A stretch of 63,413 nucleotides of DNA, counting the filler, from Octopus bimaculoides (Eukaryota), in the NCBI RefSeq assembly GCF_001194135.2. It is 6 parts of 6 records of this genome, joined end to end, with 100 filler letters (N's around TTAATTAATTAA, not from the genome) between each part and the next. Parts side by side here need not be neighbours in the genome. Positions count along the whole stretch, not along the records: positions 59,617 to 63,413 come from NC_069004.1; 5 more parts are not named here. One strand, written 5' to 3'. Both the position numbers and the translations under genes were made by a program. The notes under the pieces were generated by a model that saw nothing but the letters and a program-made list of their open reading frames with translations, was not told where the DNA came from and did not search any database. Positions 61,804 to 63,413 of this stretch are shown here, piece by piece (the first letter of the stretch is position 1; the number at the start of each line of letters is the position of its first letter).

Positions 61804-62990
61804 CCGGTTTTTGCAGAGTTTTGAATCATTTTAAAACATTTTTGTTTAATTGTCTGATAATACAGTTATAGAATTGTCCAAATGCATCAATAAATTAACA
61901 TAGATTTTTTTTTTTTTCACTGTTGTTACAATCATCTGAAATGAAACTGTCAAAGCACCATATTCGAGCAATTTTGCTATTCAACTTCAAAAAAGGACGT
62001 AAAGCAGCTGAAACTGTTCGCGATATCAACGAAACGTTTAATGAGGAAATGACCAGTGAGTGGTCAGCTCGAAAATGGTTTAAACGATTTTGCAGTGGAG
62101 ACCAGAGTTTTGAAGATTGTGAATGTAGTGGACGTCCATCTGTCATCGATGACGGTCAATTAAAGTCCATCATTGAGAAAGATCCACGTAAAACCACTCG
62201 AGAACTGGCAAAAGAACTTCAAGTTAGCCAGAAAACTGCCTGCAGCAATTTGCATGCGATTGGAAAATCAAAAAAGCTTGACAAATGGGTACCACACAAT
62301 TTGACTGAAAATCAGAAAATTCGCAGTTATGACATTTGTTCATCGCTTCTTCTCCGTAACCAGACCGGCGATGAAAAGTGGATTGTGTACAATAAAAAAA
62401 AAACGTTCTTCGCAGTGGTTGGACCAAAATGAAGCACCGAAAACCTTCCCTAAACCCGAAGCTCTTCAGAAAGAAGGTTATGGTGACAGTTTGGTGGTGT
62501 ACTGCTGGACTCATCGTCTATAACTTCTTAAAACTCGGAAAAATCATTACTGCAGAAAGATATTGCCATGAAATTGCCAAAATGAACGAAAAACTGCTAC
62601 TTCTCCGTTCCAGACTGGTCAACAGAAGAGGACCAATCATTCTTCATGAAAACGCTCGAGCACACATTTCACTAACGACGCTCCGGAAGTTAGGGGAACT
62701 TGGCTATGAAGTTCTTCCCCACCCAGCTTATTCCTCAGAACTTTCTCCTACTGTCTACCACTTTTTCAAGCAGCTTGATGGTTTCCTGCGAGAGAAGGAA
62801 TTCAAAACTCAAACCGATGCATGCTGAAAGTGCGTTCAGAGAGTTCATCTGCTCCAGAACTCCAGACTTTTATATTACCGGAATAAAAGAAACTTGTAAC
62901 TCGTTGGAAAATATGAGTTGCTTATAATGGTATTTCCTTTGATGAATAAAATTTCCGTACTGTTGAAATATATTCTTTTCTACTCTATGC
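61804..62990 (+). mobile_element. Degenerate mariner transposon (Hsmar1/cecropia-like); transposase pseudogene about 61941-62927
   Basis: HTH region, WVPHNL, TGDEKW, KKVMVTVWW, HENARAH (catalytic D to E), YSSELSPTVYHFF (D to V). It has at least three frameshifts and an internal deletion before TGDEKW. CGGTTTTTGCA at the gap edge resembles an inner TIR remnant. Confidence 0.92.
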
Positions 62991-63140
62991 ACAAAGCCCA
63001 AAATTTGGGGGGAGGGGACCAGTCGATAAGATCGACCCCAGTACACAACTGGTACTTTATTTATCAGCACCGAAAGGTTGAACGGCAAAGTCGACCTCGG
63101 TGGAATTTGAACTCAGAACGTAAAGACAGACGAAATTTTT
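62985..63140 (-). mobile_element. SINE family D fragment at the mariner 3' end
   Basis: GTACTTTATTTATCAGCACCGAAAGGTTGAACGGCAAAGTCGACCTCGGTGGAATTTGAACTCAGAACG is the reverse complement of the family D core. Confidence 0.8.
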
Positions 63141-63413
63141 TGAAACATAGTGAAGAATTTCATGTTTCAAAACATTGCTTACTTTCTACTCAATCTGATA
63201 CATACACACACTCACTCACAAACACACACACACACACACGCACACACACACACACACATATATGTATGTGTGTATGTATTATGTATGTATGTATGTATGA
63301 AACGAGGGAACAACATTTGAAAGCATTTTTGAAGTATGAAAATACATTATGTTATACTGAAATAAACAAACTCAGCCATATTTGGTTAAACCTTACCTAC
63401 CTCTTTATTTAAG

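Overview
AT-rich, gap-ridden eukaryotic genomic DNA, most likely an octopus draft assembly. This is inferred from the tRNA-headed SINE families and the very high microsatellite load; I cannot confirm the species. There is no prokaryotic gene structure, CRISPR array, rRNA or true tRNA gene, and almost all ORF-track entries are microsatellite or N-gap artefacts. One host coding exon is well supported and is absent from the ORF track: the first coding exon of a globin on the minus strand (CDS 3282-3152). It has the helix A Trp and a phase-2 intron at the conserved B12.2 position. I found no later globin exons, so they probably lie left of the window or in a gap. The rest is intron/intergenic DNA holding at least five short interspersed repeat families, fragments of L1/Tx1, RTE and two RLE-type (R4/Dong-like) retrotransposons, degenerate mariner and Tc1 transposase remnants, and hAT-type MITEs with 8-bp target duplications. 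The most interesting signals are four minus-strand type I hammerhead-ribozyme motifs of the Penelope-like kind (best at 38933-38986), a 93-nt gap-free hairpin at 58327-58419 (pri-miRNA or MITE candidate), and microsatellite-associated RLE retroelements.
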